From Novakomyces olei (Eukaryota): DNA of 64,000 nt. A program made the position numbers and the translations under genes. The notes beneath the pieces are model-generated. The model was not told where the DNA came from and did not search any database. It was given only the letters and a program-made list of their open reading frames with translations. The stretch lies in contig JADEYG010000002.1 of NCBI GenBank assembly GCA_016906335.1, positions 1,302,001 to 1,366,000 of the forward strand. The letters are read 5' to 3'. Of this stretch, positions 62,057-64,000 are shown one piece after another. Numbering within the stretch: the stretch's first letter is position 1; the number at the start of each line of letters is the position of its first letter.

Positions 62057-64000
62057 CTACCCCGTCCAACCGAGAGCTTCCAAATCACGTTGCACGATGG
62101 ATTCCGTGTCTATTTTCTGTAATTGAGTCGCCTCCAATTTTTCTCCACTTGCATGGCGTGATTTTAGCTCTTCAATAGCCCGCAGCTTCTTTACCAACGA
62201 CCGGATTTTCTTGTCAACTTCGCTCACTGGAGCAGACGCTGAAGCATTAGGAGGAGATCCAGATGAAGTGGCAGTTTGTGGCCGTCCTAGAGCGCCGTTT
62301 GAAGCCGTCGAAGGACCCGCTTCCTTGCGAGCTTCGCGTTTCTTTTTATTCCGTAACGCAGTCTTGCTCAATGTCGCGTCGGATGAATCAGTGCTGCTAT
62401 TAGCACCGTTATTATTATTATTGAGATTATTATTATTATTATTATTGAGATTATTGCCGTTGTCGATATTAGCGCCGGGTACGGTTCGTCGACCGACTCC
62501 TGGGGCAACATAAACCCTAGATTCTCCGCTACTACCCTCCAATCGAAGAGCCTCCATTGAAGGCAGAGGCCGACTGGCAACGCCTCTCAGCCCCGGAGGC
62601 CTGTAAGCTCCGACTGCTTGCCGAGGAGCCTTTGGTACAAAAGCAGCAGCTGAAGCGTGAGCGGCGGGAGCGATTATGGCAGCAGTTGAGGGCGGCAGAG
62701 CAGCAAATTTCTTGCCCGGTTCTGGTCTCCAAAAGACCTGGTAAAGCTCACTCAATTCATGCAAATAAATCAGTTTTCCCGTCACGTGCCAGATCTTTAT
62801 TCCATTGTCAACTCGCAGCCGTGGACTCGTAGTGGCAGTCATAAAATATTGGCCGTCGGGACTCCATTCACAGACGGTCGTGTTGTTTGCCTCTAGAGTA
62901 GCAATAACCTTCATTCCCTGCCGTTCCATAACGTCTATGGTACCCGACAAATTGCCAAAGCCGGCGCAAAGAACAAAGCGGCCATTGTTCCCAGGGGAAA
63001 AAGAGACAAAATTACGGGCTTGCGGGGGTAAAGAGTGCAGAGCATTTCCACGCTGATCGAATATTGTGCACTTGGCCGGCATATAGCCATAAACAACACC
63101 AAACTCTCGAGACTCTGGGGACCAGGTGACATCGTGGATGGGCCCTTCTCGATCCAGAGTGATGCGCGAGTCGAAATTGCTGGCCACGTTGAGGAGATAA
63201 AGGTTGGTTTCCCCATAGTATGACTTGTTACTCTGATCCACATCTGTCTGTGTGAGGACGAGCAGGGCGGTGCCCAACGCGTTCCATTTTAATTGAATCT
63301 TGTCCGCCCGGAAAAACGTTTTCTGTGCCAGCGGCGCTCCAAAAGTGGGGATTCTAAAGATACGCACTACCGCCGGAGCAGATTTTTTTTCGGGAACAAA
63401 CACGACTACAGAGTGCGAGAGTCCGGGCGACAGGGAAAACTGGGAAGCGCCTTCCACACGCAGCCGATGCTGAGGGCCGTTTTGCAGGTTCCGTGGATCC
63501 AGAAATTGTACCTCGTTAGTGACGAGTCGGGCACAGAGGCGCTCGTCCGGTGTGAATTGGAGATTCCAGCCCGTCTGGCTGCGTTGGACAAAGGAGCCCA
63601 GCAATTGGCCTTCAACAGTGGAAAAGACCTTGAGATTATCCGCCGCCTGTCCGTTCTCCAGCTTACTCGGCCGCTCCCACGTGACAATGTAGGATCCAAG
63701 ATGCGAAAAGTCGAGCTCCAAGACATTGGGAACGTTTATTTCCAGCAGACATGTCCCGTCCTCGGTAGAGCATACTTTTACACTAGAAATTAGAAGAGCA
63801 TAAAGGGGTTAAACCTAAAAGAAAACCTAATACACGGACTAAATTAAAAATACAATAATTTAATTGGAATAAAGTAGTGCCTCTACTCAGGCGGACAGAG
63901 ACAGATAGAATGGGGCATGATTCATGCTGATAAACACGACGTACAGTGGCAATTGAAATAGACGAAATAAAACTGTGAAAAACCAATGAAAAAGCAACTA
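62057..64000 (-). CDS. eIF2A: Eukaryotic translation initiation factor 2A (5' end lies beyond the window; about 63783-64000 looks intronic)
   Basis: KSYYGETNLY, EGPIHDVTWSP, YGYMPAK, AGFGNL, TATTSPRLRVDNG, AYRPPG, KKLRAIEELK. Confidence 0.93.

Overview
Gene-dense, intron-containing fungal nuclear DNA. The gene set (Pcp1-like CM1+PACT protein, bacterial-type Gld1 with a presequence, Dip1/Ldb17, Sst2/AMSH) and the very short introns suggest an early-diverging ascomycete (Taphrinomycotina-like); this is inference, not an identification. There are 25 protein-coding genes: pcp1, tan1, csn2, Trm61-like, met1, hem3, a low-complexity orphan, mix17, rrp47/C1D, PanE-like, mgr2, paraoxonase-like, met16, ldb17/dip1, msh2, flavin reductase-like, pho84, atg26, fcf1, gld1, fks1/bgs, gas, sst2 and a partial eIF2A. 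GC-balanced genes are separated by sharply bounded AT-rich micro/minisatellite islands and many short tandem duplications. No tRNA, rRNA, transposon or CRISPR was recognised. Best leads: (1) a telomerase-RNA-like core (enclosing helix, boundary hairpin, UAACCCUAACCCU) in the met1-hem3 gap, or alternatively a pair of TTAGGG sites in the same orientation upstream of both sulfur genes; (2) hem3-met1(-met16) linkage; (3) bacterial-type gld1; (4) the divergent fks-gas pair; (5) two probable pseudoenzymes; (6) odd splice architectures. Exon models and base-pairing were read by eye and need RNA-seq or computational confirmation.
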